From Squalus acanthias (taxonomy: Eukaryota): 64,000 bases of DNA. Below are positions 47,693-60,519 of the stretch, in pieces (positions within the stretch are counted from its first letter, which is position 1; each line of letters starts with the position of its first letter). The notes beneath the pieces were generated by a model. It made no database searches. It worked only from the letters and a program-made list of their open reading frames with translations, and was not told the origin of the DNA. The stretch spans positions 128,900,001 through 128,964,000 of the forward strand of contig CM059432.1 in NCBI GenBank assembly GCA_030390025.1, in the 5' to 3' direction. The translations under genes were made by a program, and so were the position numbers.

Positions 47693-49252
47693 TCCTTAGA
47701 TAATGGAGCAGTCCATGCCCGCATGCAGCGAGACCTGAACAACATTTAGGCTTGGGCTAATAAGTGGCAAGTAACATTCGTGCCACACAAGTGTCAGGCA
47801 ATGGCTATCTCCAACAAGAGAGAGTCTAGCCACCTCCCGTTGATATTCAATGGGATTACCAACACCGAATCCCCCACCGTCAACATCTTGGGGGTCACCA
47901 TTGATTAGAAACTTAACTGGATCAGCCACATAAATACTGTGGCTACAAAAGCAGGCCAGAGGCTAGGTATTCTGCAGTGAGTGACTCACCTCCTGACTCC
48001 CCAAAGCCTTTCCACCATCTACAAGGCACAAGTCAGGAGTGTGATGAAATAGTCTCCACTTGCCTGGATGAGTGCAGCTCCAACAATACTCAAGGAGCTG
48101 GACACCATCCAGAACAAAGCAGCCCGCTTGATTGGCAACCCATCCACCGCCTTAAACATTCACTCCCTCCACCACCGGCGTACCGTGGCTGCGGTGTGTA
48201 CCATCTACAAGATGCACTGCAGCAACTCGCCAAAGCTTCTTCGACAGCACCTTCCAAACCCGCGACCTCTACCACCTAGAAGGACAAGGGCAGCAGGCGT
48301 ATGGGAACACCATCACCTCCAAGTTCCCCTCCAAGTCACACACCATCCTGACTTGGAAATATATCGCCGTTCCTCCATCGTCACGGGGTCAAAATTCTGG
48401 AACTCCCTCCCTAACGGTGAAAGAAAATCTATTTTAAATATCCCCGACAGCAAGAAGAACTTTAATACAAAAGAGAACTTTTAATGATGGCTAAATCACT
48501 TTAAAATGCAAGTTGAGAACAGGAATATGGAGGAACATTTTTAACAGACATTACTCAGATAAAAGAAGCAGTTGTAGCCAAGGACAAATCTGGGGTTGCT
48601 ATGGAACCAGTGGAACTGACCAGCACTGTCTTGAGATAAGACCCTCATTAAACTGCTACAAGTGACACACATGATGAAGTAACTCCACTAAACTTTGAAC
48701 CAATCATGAACAAGAGGAAAAGCCATGCTTGAATGAGCCAATCATTCAGGTGTACATGTGAATGGCACAAGAGGAATCTGAGCACAAATAATATAAGAAC
48801 TGACACAGCACTTTGTTTTTTTACTGCAGTCGGCCAGGATAAACTTATCCTGGTCTAATGAAGAGAAGACGTCTAAACATTTCAACAGACTTCAAGCGAT
48901 CGTCGGTTTGGCCACCGGGCACTTGAAGACTCCAGGACAGGTTAAGTTGGGTTCTTATTTAATCTGTGTGTTAGTGGTTAAATAAAAGATCTCTGGGAGA
49001 TAGTGTATCTGTGGTTTTATGTTAAAGTGAATTCAGGTCTACGAACCCTACTCTAACACCTAATGTAGGAGGTGTGAAAGTCATAACTTATTCCTGCAAC
49101 AGCACTGTGGGAGTACCTTCTCCTCATGGACTGCAGCGGTTCAAGAAGGCGGCTCACCATCACCTTCTTAAGGGCAATTAGTGATGGGCAATAAATGCTG
49201 GCCTTGCCAGCGATGACCACATCCCATGAATAAATAATAAAAAACAAAAAAT
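47693..49252 (+). mobile_element. 3' fragment of the CR1-group LINE family of 18566-22244, inserted in H2B
   Basis: Collinear with the reverse complement of ~18570-19430 (LNIHSLHHRRTVAAVCTIYKMHCS); A-rich tail. Confidence 0.9.
48418..49098 (+). mobile_element. Solo LTR inside the LINE fragment
   Basis: TG...CA ends; flanks ACGG/ACAG; two CCAAT boxes, TATATAA ~48793, AATAAA ~48981; LINE is collinear across it. Confidence 0.75.
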
Positions 49253-49307
49253 AGCAGGTTCACCCCGACACCGGCATCTCCTCCAAGGCCATGAGCATCA
49301 TGAACTA

Positions 49308-50143
49308 TGTAAGACCTCACTCCTGAGACCTACAGGTTACTGATTCGTACTTGAGAATTACGAGAAATTACACGAGACACACGAGTTCCGTCTTTAAGAT
49401 TTTATTGTCCTTAAGACAGATTCAAAACCCCTATTACTATTGCTATAAATTCGAGCAGTACACCAATAATGTTACAAGAGATTATACATACAACCACCCA
49501 CAGATGATCAGTCCAGCGTTGATTGTAGGTCCTCGTAGGCGCGATGACTGGCCAGGTCACCTCCTTCCGACTACAGTGCTGATATCTTTTAGTCACTGTC
49601 TTTTATACATTTCTTGTTCTTCTCCGTAAATTTCCATCATGCAGGGGCTGTGAGGTGTGCTCCTCCAATGTTCGGCTTAAGTTGTCTGAGCTGTCGATCT
49701 CTCAAACATACACATCTTGTGTCTACCAACCGTTGTTATTTGCAGATGTGGCCAGCCGACCATTTGGTCACAATACACATTGTGCAAAACTCGTTAACTC
49801 GTGTCCTGTTTTGCAGAACTCCCAAGGTCTGTCTCCTCCCTTCAGCTACAGATTTCTTGATTCATGACCCCGGGGCCCCAAGGTCGTTCACACCATTTGC
49901 CTGAAGATGTACCTGTCTTTGTAATACCAAATCGTTTGTTCCTGCTCAGGATCTGTCGCTTCCTTAACTGATTAACAGCTTGCAGCCTTCACAGCTCACA
50001 GTCGCCGCATTTTATTTTACATTTGTTCAGCAGAAAGCCTCTCAAGGAATGCTGATACATTAAATTTGGTCAATTATTAAGTTTGGTCAAGTTACAGCAA
50101 ACTTTTACAGCAAATGATTACAGCTCATGCTTATTTTCTTACA
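49308..50143 (-). mobile_element. Solo LTR inserted in H2B
   Basis: Inverted ends TGTAAGA...TCTTACA; flanks ACTA/ACTC; minus-strand TATAAAA ~49605 then AATAAA ~49403. Confidence 0.75.
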
Positions 50144-50537
50144 ACTCCTTTGTGAACGGTATTTTTGAGTGCCTCGTGAGTGAAGCTTCCTGCCTGGTCC
50201 ATTACATCAAGCGCCACACCATCAGCTCCAGGGAGATCCAGACTGCTGTGCACTTGCTGCTGCCCGGGGAGTTGGCCAAGCATGCCGTATCAAGAGGGAC
50301 AAAGGCTGTGTCCAAATACACCAGCTCCAAGTAAAACTCCGCAGTGTACTGAAAAACACATTGTACTGACTTTACTGAAGTTGACTAACCCGCTGCTGAG
50401 TTCAGAACAATGAAGCTCAACATTTACAGTGGGAAGGTTTCATGTAAAATCGTTGCACAAAGTTGTTTGATTTCAGTCGTCGACATTTATTTTATAATAG
50501 TGGCCTGTTGGCATGTTAACAGTGCCATGGTGGCTAC

Positions 50538-50909
50538 TAGGTTGCCAATCATCCTGGATTGTCCTGGAGTGTCCCAGAATTAAAGATGAATTCTCCTGGG
50601 CACTCCTGCGAGCAACTCGGGAGAAACATCATAGGTGCATTTTCTTTTCCTGCTTTACTCCGGCCAAACTCGCAACATCAGGGCTGCATCGCAACCAGGA
50701 TAAAATGTGGCCCTGACGCAAGCACGATCCGGTAAAGCTACACAATGGATAGAGCGATTTCTGGAGCACACGGGTATTGTAGTTGCCATTATTGACCAAT
50801 TGACGTGTCGGGTGACCAATGGCAGGAGTGTGAGGGTGGGTCAGTTGGAGACAGCAGGTCATGTGATGAAAGCTCCCAGAATACGGTCCAAACAGAGTAG
50901 GCAACCTGA
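50538..50909. mobile_element. hAT-type MITE
   Basis: Ends TAGGTTGCC...GGCAACCTGA; 8-bp TSD GTGGCTAC (50530-50537 / 50910-50917). Confidence 0.75.
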
Positions 50910-51056
50910 GTGGCTACGAGCAGTCAATGGCTGAGTGGGAGTTTTTTAGTGTAGGAAAAGCTGGCAAGAGAAAAATACAGCTTGTTAGTACTGGGCAGGG
51001 CTGGAGCCTGTTAGGGTAAGTGGCTTTTAGAACTGCAATAAAAATTCAGAAAGTTT

Positions 51057-51384
51057 GACCAAGAGATGACTGAAGGAAAGTGGATTGTGGGAAGGTTGAC
51101 CTAGGGAAGACTGAAGGAGAGTGGATTGTGGGAAGATTGACCTAGGGAAGACTGAAGGAGAGTGGATTGTGGGAAGGTTGACCTAGGGAAGACTGAAGGA
51201 GAGTGGATTGTGGGAAGATTGACCAAGAGAAGACTGAAGGAGAGTGGATTGTGGGAAGGTTGACCAAGGGAAGACTGAAGGAGAGTGGATTGTGGGAAGG
51301 TTGACCAAGGGAAGACTGAAGGAGAGTGGATTGTGGGAAGATTGACCTAGGGAAGACTGAAGGAGAGTGGATTGTGGGAAGATT
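51057..51384. repeat. Purine-rich minisatellite, 8 x 41 bp
   Basis: Unit GACC(T/A)AGGGAAGACTGAAGGAGAGTGGATTGTGGGAAG(A/G)TT, starts at 51057, 51098, 51139, etc. Confidence 0.95.
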
Positions 51385-53770
51385 GATGGGGGACATAACC
51401 AGTGGGCACAGCCATCTTTAGAAACTGAAAAACGAGGGTTTAATAAAAGTACAGGATAAGAATATATGAAATGGGGCAGCAGGAAAGGCTGCAGGAGTGA
51501 GTGCAGCAGAGAAGTAACTGGGAGAGCATAGTAGTGTGGGAACCAGGGAGAGCAACACAAAGGGGTGTGTCAGTTTGGGATACCAGCTGAAAGTCACAGT
51601 GAAGGAACTGTAAGCTGTGAGCAAGCTAAAGCTTGGATCTGTGCAAAGAAGTCGGATGAGGCTGAGTTAATGTTAGGAAGAGTACAAAAGGGGCAGAAAT
51701 TGAGAACCAGGAAGAGTGCTTGCAGACTACCCCAGATGCAGGAAAGAGAAGACTTGCAGAGAGCTCTGGGTGCAGAAGATAGAGCACGGCAGAGATCTGT
51801 GAACTGCCAGAGATGGCGTCCCGAGTGTGGGGAAGGCACAAGCAGCTTGGCACAGGTAGCGTACCTGCAGATAGACCTGAGTACAGAGGAGAAAGTCTGC
51901 AGAGAGCAGCCCAGATCGAGATCCCAGAGAGCAGCCCATCGAGAGAGAGAAAGCTTTTATAGCAGCTTTGCTGCAATGAAACCGAGGGAACTAGAATGAA
52001 CAGCCCTGTGACAACTCATCCAAGTTAGAGGAGGATAGTGACAGCCAGGTCTAGTTATTGCAGCATCTGATAGTACAAACAGTCTGTTTACTTCAGACCT
52101 GCAGGCACAAAAGAAGGCTAAAACAGGTCGGGAACTAAAATCCGTGAGGGTATTGAACTGTTTAAAGTATAAAGATGTATGATATGCTTTGAAAATAATA
52201 CGGCAAACTCTCAACTTGCAACTGTAAGGCAATGCAGCCCCACTTACAGACCACCTGTTGATAAAGTTATTAGAGGTCATTCTCCAACTTCACATTCCTG
52301 GCAATGGGTCAGAAAATCACAGACGCCCAAATTTCTGATATACGCTCTTGGCAAGTCTGAAAGTTATCCCTTTAATTCTGCAACCTTAACATTGTGTTGT
52401 TCTTAATCAGCAGGACTGGTAATGGACCACAAGCCTTTAAAAGCATAGAAACCAGCACTATACCACAGCACTGTTGTGTATATATACTACTAAAGAACCT
52501 GGCAGGAGTTCTGACTACAACTGAGCAAAGAGGCTTGTCGTAGACGCTGAGCACCGAGGTAATGTCCAAATGAAAAGATGTTACGCCAACCTGATCAGCA
52601 CTAGTCACTGGATGATGGAATAAGCAAAGCTTGGCTTGTGAGAGTGCTGGATTCAATAGCCCTCATGAATTCATGGCGGAGCCCCAGTTCTGGATGTTTA
52701 TCTTTCTGACTGGTATTGGAGCATTATTCTAGTCACTCCTGCTTGTTTTTGACAGTGTCTTCATTAATTAACGCGTTAACGCAGAAAGAGTCATGTTGTG
52801 AGAAATTTGACCACTAGCGGTGCAATATGGAACCTGCACTATTTGCGAGTCAGCAACAAGAGGCTGGAGTTTCTGTTATTTGAGTTTCCCCTTGCAGATA
52901 AACAAACTTTGGGGATTAGCACCTGAATTACAATTGTATAGATTCACATCCAGTGAGCGTGGTTAATGGTCAAAGTTTGCAGCTCCATACCTTGAGCAGA
53001 ATAGAGAATTGAGTGTAGGAGTGTGAATGTAGCAAAATGATGCAAGGTTGTAGCACCACAAGGGTGACCTCTCATGATACTAAAAGATTGAAAGACATAG
53101 ATGAATGCAAATCTTGATCTTTTTTGTCATTAAACTGAGCTAAATAAAATCAAACCTTTGAGGGGTGATTTTAACCCTGCCTGCTTAGTGAACTGGGTGG
53201 GCAGTTAACATCGCCTGTGGGAGTCACTCGCTGACGTCCCACACAGATCCCACAGACACAGCGGGGCCCGACTGGTTGATTGAACTCTGGGCCTGAGTGG
53301 GGAAGCGGCTGTGGCTTTTCTGCCAAGTCTACCTAGTGGGAAGACTTGTCGAGGCCAGAAGTGGCCCACAAAGGGACCTGTTTTTCCCTTTTTTTAAACT
53401 TTCCTTTTGGGACCAGGAGGAGCAGGATTTTCCTCCGTGCCACAAGAGGAATGTTTGGGCCTCCCATACCATAGGCTCCCCCCTTCACCCGCCACCTCAA
53501 GAATCGACTTTGTTGAGAACTGGGGACCTTGCCTTCCATCTTCTGATAAACCCAGTGAATCCTCTGCCTACTGAGAGCAAGCATTGGTTCCCATCATGGA
53601 CCTTCCAAAGTGTAGGAGGGATCAGGTAATCCTAGAGGGGATTGATTTACCTTCCAGAGACAGCACAACAGCACCTTTGGGAGTGCAGTCAGGCCTCTGT
53701 GTCTGGGGACTCCTGCGCTGTGTCACTGCTTCGACTTTCCGGGCCTCTGTCAGGACAGGTGCTACTGATG

Positions 53771-54220
53771 GAAAGAAAGAACTTGCATTTATATAGCACC
53801 TTGCACGACCTCAGGACGTCCCAAAATGCTTCACAGCCAATGAAGTCCTTTTGAAGCGTAGTCACTCTTGTAATGTAGGCAAACACACCAGCGAATTTGT
53901 GCACAGCAAGGTCCCGCAAACAGCAGAGATGAATGACCAGAGAGTCTGATTTTGGTGGTGTTGGTTGAGGGACAAATGTTGGTCACGGCACTCGGAGGAC
54001 TACTTTGCTCTTCTTCAAATAGTGCCGGGGGCTGTTTTACATCCACCTGAGATGGCACACGGGGCCTCGGTTTAACATGTCATCTGAAAGACAGCACCTC
54101 TGACAGTGTTGCGCTCTCTTGGCACTGCACTGATTATGTGCTCAATTCTTGCAAGTGGGGCTTGACCCCACCACTTCCTGACTCAGAAACAAGAGTGCTA
54201 CCACCGAGCGGCATTTGACA
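53771..54220 (-). mobile_element. DeuSINE
   Basis: Same tail, core and head. Confidence 0.85.
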
Positions 54221-55254
54221 CTGATGCATCCTCACAGTTGCTGGCAGTTCACCCCGAGCATGTTAACGACCCTGACCCCACAGTTTGGGATGGGGGTCTA
54301 TGGTAGGCTCCATGGATGTCTGGGAGTTTCACTCCGCAGCACTTCCGCCAGCAGAGTGGGCCTCCTGGAAGTTAGGGCCCCTTATCAATGGAATTAGTTA
54401 TATAATTTCCACAATATCAGACTTTGGGAATACTCAGCAAACACAACTGGTATTCCAAGATGATGATAAGATTTTCATGAATTTTGTATTCAGCATGGCG
54501 AAGGAGGTCAATACCGGGGAATGGAGCATTTTCTACTTATGATATTCACTGTCAGCATTAAATGCTCCTAAGTCAGGTATAGTACAGCCAGATAGAGTAA
54601 CACTAGACTTCCTTATGGCCTCTGAGTGAAATCAACATTATATGGGTGGCCTTGCACTATGCACTGCATGGAGATTGCCTCAGACTACTTTAGCAGATGA
54701 TTCTTGAAAGTTTGCTGGAAAAAGTGCCCGTGTATGATCTACAGTAGCTGAAAACCCACAGGAAAGCTCTGCAACATTGCATATGAAGTACAGCAAAATG
54801 CCCGATGTGTACTATGTTGAGGATCAATATTTAATGCTAAGTTTTACTGTGTGAAAAATGTCGGGGAATAGAACTGAAATAGAGTATTTAAATAGCTGTG
54901 GGTTTAATGTCTTTTCCCCTGTTAAGCATTCATCACCTGCTCATATAACTCTTTTAGAAGCTGACATTTCTTTTCTTTTCATGTGAAATATTTATATTAC
55001 ACACCAGGCCACCCACACCTGTTACATAAAGTTTAGCATTGCTAACAATGCTAATGGACCATTTGTCTGAGTGAGAACAGCCATAACTATGTAACAAATG
55101 GACTCACAACTACATAAACCATGTAGGTACCAGTAGGTGTCATTCATAGCTGAAGCATTGCAATGGCATGTGGAGACTAGACTGGACTAGCAGATACTGT
55201 TAATCATTGTGCTTCAGTATAGTATGTGGGCCTAACCATTTCATGCACAGAGAC

Positions 55255-55542
55255 CTTTAATCGAGGCCCCGTCTGCCTTCTCAGATGGATGTAAACGATC
55301 CCCATGTCACTATTCGAAGAAGATCAAGGGAATTCTCCCGGTGTCCTGGCCAATATTTATCCCTCAACCAACAACACTAAAACAGATTCTCTGATCAAAA
55401 TCACATTGCAGTTTGTGTCCAAATTGGCCGCCTACATTACAACAGTGATCACACTTCAAAAGTACCTCATTGGCTGTAAAGCACTTTGGGATGTCCTCGG
55501 GTCATGAAAGGCGCTATATAAATGCAAATCATCCTTTCTTTC
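55255..55542 (+). mobile_element. DeuSINE, 5'-truncated
   Basis: GAGGCCCCGTCTGCC...GATCCCCATG...GGCGCTATATAAATGCAA. Confidence 0.8.
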
Positions 55543-57299
55543 ATGTGTATCTTCTGCCTTATATCCCACAAAATGGAACAGCAGAGTTGAGTCAGATCAA
55601 ACGGTAAGCTCTTCCTTTGCTTCGCTACCGTAAATTATTAACAAATGTGATTAGGATCTAAAATAAAGCAGAATAGTTGATGATTTTTTGACTTATATAT
55701 AAAAATGATGAATATATTAACCTACATGTATACTGCATGGGACGATCACTGTTTCTTCAGTGAAACGCTGATGTTGTCACGGACACTTGATTCCACTTCC
55801 TTCGAGCTCCGCAGCTTAAATACTTTGCAGGCGCGAAAGCAGCTGGAAGGAGTGATGTGCCACACATGCCATGTGCAGTAAGCCAGTTCCGGGGCTGAAA
55901 AGCTGAAGCCACCTTTTGTGCGACTGCTTAATCCCGGTCAGGTTTATTTCCTGATTCTGTGGAAAATGGGAGATATTTCTTTTGCCCAACAAGCAATCGA
56001 AACCTCAGCTAGAATTTTTTTTTTTGCAGCTGAACCAGGTTTCACTTGCACTACGAACCGTGACACCATGGTATGAGTGGCTCAGATCTGGACCCCTGCT
56101 CCATAGGTTGGCGGTAGACCAAGACTTCAGGCTCGCTCGTCCCTAGAATGGACGGGAATACGTGGTGTATCCTTGTTGCTTATTTTGAAATACTAACTGA
56201 AGCAAATCAACAAAAATAGATACTGCCTGTCTAATTGGATAATCCTGAGCCACATAACTCTCGAGCGCTTTACAACAGTAACCTCAGTTGCAGTTACACG
56301 GTAATTGTAACCACAGCTGTGGTGTTGTGTGTGGTTTATTGCAAGGGATAAAAATTCCAACACAATCTCACATGCAGGGCTTTGGATTGATGTGTATGTT
56401 CAGCTGGGATAATAATCTGATAAGACGTATGGATAGAATTTTGTCAAAACAGTATTATTTACATATTTTCATGTACCTATGAGCAATAAAAGCTTAAAAT
56501 TTAATTGGACTGACTGGTACTCAATGCACCATATTTCGGCCTTAGTTAAATCATGAAAGCCACCTCCCAACTCCCTTTAGCTACTGCAGTCCTAGATATA
56601 ATTGCTTAGAGTTTGAACAGATAGTTCGTACTCTACTGTGGCGGGTTATCTCTATCTATGATACATGACAGTAGTGATTTATTTAACGCTCAACCCCCCC
56701 TTCCCCCACCAGTTACCCAGGGCTCTACGATATGATTGGAAACATAGTGGCAAGCTAGAGTTGTAGTGCTTTGAACTTTCCAATATGTACATTACAAGCC
56801 TATTACATTTAAATTATTGAGCGATATTCTGACATATTCATACATTTAATAATATAAATGGGTTGGTGTTCATTTAAAACTCTAGAATCGAATTGGATAT
56901 TTGATTATGGAGCTTGGGATTTTAAAGATATTTGTATTAAAGTCACTTTCTTCATCTTTTACAGGCTTATACCATTTTTAAAATTATGTACATTGACACA
57001 GTCTCCGCATGCTGTTTAAAAAAAAATAAGTTGTTTAACCCTTTCAGGACAGCAGCACCAACAATACAACAATAATAATTAGTTCCAGCTCTGGAGTACA
57101 TCATACTTCAAACCCAGAATGCTGCGAGTTTGAATTCCAGCCTCAGATGACATTCATATGTCTGCAGAAATCTGTGTTTGGTTAAATTTGCTCTTTGAAT
57201 TTTTGGATTCCATTTTGGTTTGACAAAAATGAAAACCCTCTGAATCCAAAGACTGGATTTTATATGTTGGTTGCTGATGAGGAGAAGAATCTGCATTCG

Positions 57300-57482
57300 A
57301 CCACTAGAAACTTGGGACTCACATCCCTCTCCTCTCTCTCACCAATTACACAGTAACTTTGCCTGACGAAGGGGCGACAGCTCCGAAAGCTTGTAATTTT
57401 AAATAAATCTGTTGGACTATAACCTGGTGTTGTGCGACTTCTCATTTTTGTCCACCCCAGTCCAACGCCGGCATCTCCGCAT
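57300..57482 (+). mobile_element. Penelope pLTR end (same family as 15664-16239)
   Basis: 57361-57482 matches 16151-16242 and the reverse complement of 15664-15785; 5' boundary approximate. Confidence 0.8.
57361..57397 (+). ncRNA. Minimal hammerhead ribozyme motif
   Basis: CTGACGA-A-GGGGC-GACA-GCTCC-GAAAGCTTGTA. Confidence 0.7.
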
Positions 57483-58394
57483 CACAATTACGCATGTACA
57501 GAGGAACATTCCATCCTTCTGTATCTATACAATACCTTCAATAGAGAAAGAGAAAAGCCATCTGACCTGTATTAGAGTCTCAAACATTCTCAATTTGGTC
57601 CCATTTTTTCTGGGTGGTCCAGGTAGTATCAATATTACATCACGGAAGTACAGTGCCTGTTGCCCAATAGTGACATTATTAGTGTTACGGCGAGATCAGC
57701 ATCGCAGGTCATCCCACCCTCTGAGAGTTATTCTCAGCTTGGCTAGTGAATCTCTCCAGATAATACACATCACTGTAAATATCTGTACGGTTTGGATAAC
57801 ATCGAGATAGTCAGAGCCGAAAGGTCACGTCTGGATAATCCAACAACAATATTCCTAAAGACCTTTTCAGCTCAGGCCAAGAATGCTATAATGCATGTTT
57901 ATGAAAGGTTCACTAAATTTTCTCTAACCTCCTGTTTAATAATGTAGTGTGAAAGTGGAATGTAGAACAGTAGCAATCTGTTTCTCTGAGCAGCACCCTC
58001 TACGTGGAAAGTGCTGGGGGCTGAGGTGTTAGTAAAAATGATCCTTATAATGAGTATAAACACCATTTCTGAATGCAATTTCCTGTATAGCTAGGTGGCA
58101 AAAAAAAATCCAAAAGTTATTTTTAATAGAAAATACATGCACCTGAAGTCGTTGTTTCCTCATCTTTTATATTTTGGTTGATATGCACATTTTTGTGAAG
58201 GTGGTTGGAAGGTTAGTTACAAATCAATACTAAATTCTGAAACCAGATGCTAGAAACACAACAATGCCATGTTTACAAGTGGCTGTGACCAAACTGCATG
58301 CAAAAACAGCATCACAGTGACCCTGGAGGGGTGAAATATAAGATACTCGTCAAATTTCACTGGGGAAAGATCTGTCATTGTCCAAGGAGTATAT

Positions 58395-58610
58395 TTTCCT
58401 TATGGTAGTGGGAATCTGGAGTTCGCTCCCCCACAAGGCTGTGGATGCCGAGTCCATTGAAATTTTAATGACTGAGATCCATAGACTTTTGTTAGGTATG
58501 GGTCTTAAGGTATATGGAGCAAAGACGGGTAAATGAAGTTGAGGTAGAGATCAGCCGTGATCTAACTGAATGACGGCACAGGCTCGAGGGCCTACACCTG
58601 TTCCTATGAG
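58395..58610 (+). mobile_element. Old CR1 3' end
   Basis: GTAGTGGGAATCTGGAGTTCGCTCCC...GATCAGCCGTGATCT...GGCTCGAGGG...TCCTATG. Confidence 0.75.
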
Positions 58611-58860
58611 TAAACTGTTTTATGAAAAAGGTGCAGCATGGAAACTGTTGAGGAAATCTGTTCATTTATGCAAATTCCCTTAAAACTGCATAATTATTGC
58701 CTAAGCTGACTTCCTCGTCTTCATAAAGTGCTGGTATGTAAATAACAAAACCAAGACAGATAAAAGCCTCATTGATGGCTTGGTTCACCTCTCGTCTTGA
58801 GTGTGCTGGTTGAGCCATCTTGCATCAGAACAGTTATTGCTTTCCTCGACTTAGAAACAG

Positions 58861-59320
58861 AAAGAAGAAAAAAAGACGTGCATTTATATAGCGCCGTTCA
58901 TGAACTCAGGATGTCCCGCTTTACAGAGAATGAAGTACTTTTGAAGCGTAGTCACTGTTGTAATGTGGGAAACACAGCAGCCAATTTCGCACAGCAAGGT
59001 CCCACAAACAGCAGTGTGATAATGATTAGACAATCTGTTTTAGTGATGATGTTTGAGGGATAAATATTGACCAGGACACCGGGGAGAACTCTCCTGCTCA
59101 TCTTCAAAATAGTGCCATGGGATCTTTTACGTCCACCTGAGAGGGCAGACGAGGTCTTGGTTTAACATCCCATTTGAAAAACAGTACCTCTGGCAGTGCC
59201 ACACTCCCTCCCTGAAGTGTCAGCCTAGATTATGGGCTCAAGTCTCAGGAGTGGGCACTTGAACCCATGACCTTCTGACCCAGAGGTGAGGATGCTACCA
59301 CGGAGCCAAGGCTGACACCT
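58861..59320 (-). mobile_element. DeuSINE, full length
   Basis: Same tail, core and head. Confidence 0.85.
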
Positions 59321-60519
59321 AATGAACTAACCACCTAACTAGAAGCAACATGAGGAGGGTGGTAGTCTTGTCTAGTCAGACTTGCATAAACTTATGAACA
59401 GAGTTGAAGCTGTCTGAGGGGCATATGTTATTTTATGTTTAAAGTTAAACAAAAATTATAAACTAATAACAGTTTAGTTAAACCATTTTTCTTTACCTGT
59501 ACCTGCCTTCTCAATGGATGCTAGTAACACTGCTTTGATGGATTTCAGACTGTGGACCTCTGCGGTGGCCAATGAGGTCACAAATGGTGCTTGTGCCTCT
59601 CTAATGACAGACCCCATATCAGGCAATCATCTATTCATTCTTTCCATTACCTGAGGAATGGAATCAGGTGGCTTCTCTACAATATCCATCTGTTCAATCA
59701 GTCTCTTTTGGAACACAGGAAGGCCGAACACTACCAAACCACTTCTCAACTGCCTCAAGATCAAGTTGTCGTAAGGCATTCTGGGATCGCTGCCAACAAA
59801 GCAATGACAAGTGACACCATCAAAAAATAAGTCAGTGCTGCGTGGGGTGTTTTTCAAAGCAAGACATTACCAAAAAATGAGAAATAAAAAAAGAAACAAC
59901 TTGCATTTATGTAGTGCCTGATTATATTATCACTGCACTTCAATTAATTTATGTTGTTATGTAGGAAAAATGTCTAGCATGGTAGTTCCAAGCATATTGC
60001 CTTATAGAACTTGTGCGCTGGATGGTACAGTCCAGAGCAAATGATCATTTCTGACAACTCAGAGAAAGCTGTTGTCTACTTTTACTGTGAGCCTCCAGTA
60101 TGACTTGCAGTTAATTTGGGCAAGAGGACTCTGTGCCATATTTGGTCAAATATCCATTTGGTATCTGAGTCCATTAGTGATAGTCACTCAGAGGAAACTG
60201 ACTCCTTTGGCAATCAGATGGTTAATGAGGCATTTCATGTGCCATTTGTAATGGCTGATCTAGTCTGGGTTGGGGAACGACTCCACTCCCTAATAGGGAG
60301 AGGAAGTAGTCAAATTCCTGATGTGTAGTGGGGGAGAGAGGGTGGACACTTGCACCTGATGTTCAAATGAGGATTTTGATCTGGGTTCCCTCGGGTTCGT
60401 GTGCGCGTGTGTATGATGGAAGGAGAGAGATCTTGATGAACTAGCGAACGATATGCATCCATTTTATCTCGTGGGTTAGTAAGCATTTCAAGCGATTTAA
60501 TTACATTTATACTGCACCT

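Larger units (their letters stand above)
47557..50334 (+). pseudogene. H2B: Histone H2B pseudogene in three pieces (47557-47692, 49255-49307, 50144-50334)
   Basis: MAEEKKVSPKKG...RSRKQSYSIYFYKVMK | QVHPDTGISSKAMSIMN | SFVNGIFE...[38 protein letters not shown]. Confidence 0.95.

Noticed and set aside
50083..50334. Novel short H2B variant with unique N-terminus
   Set aside because: The N-terminal residues come from the solo LTR; the true H2B N-terminus is at 47557 and 49255.
51057..51384. CRISPR-like array
   Set aside because: Units are head-to-tail with no unique spacers, there are no cas genes, and the context is vertebrate.
59627..59629. Selenocysteine codon
   Set aside because: No SECIS element or redox motif identified; cannot be supported.
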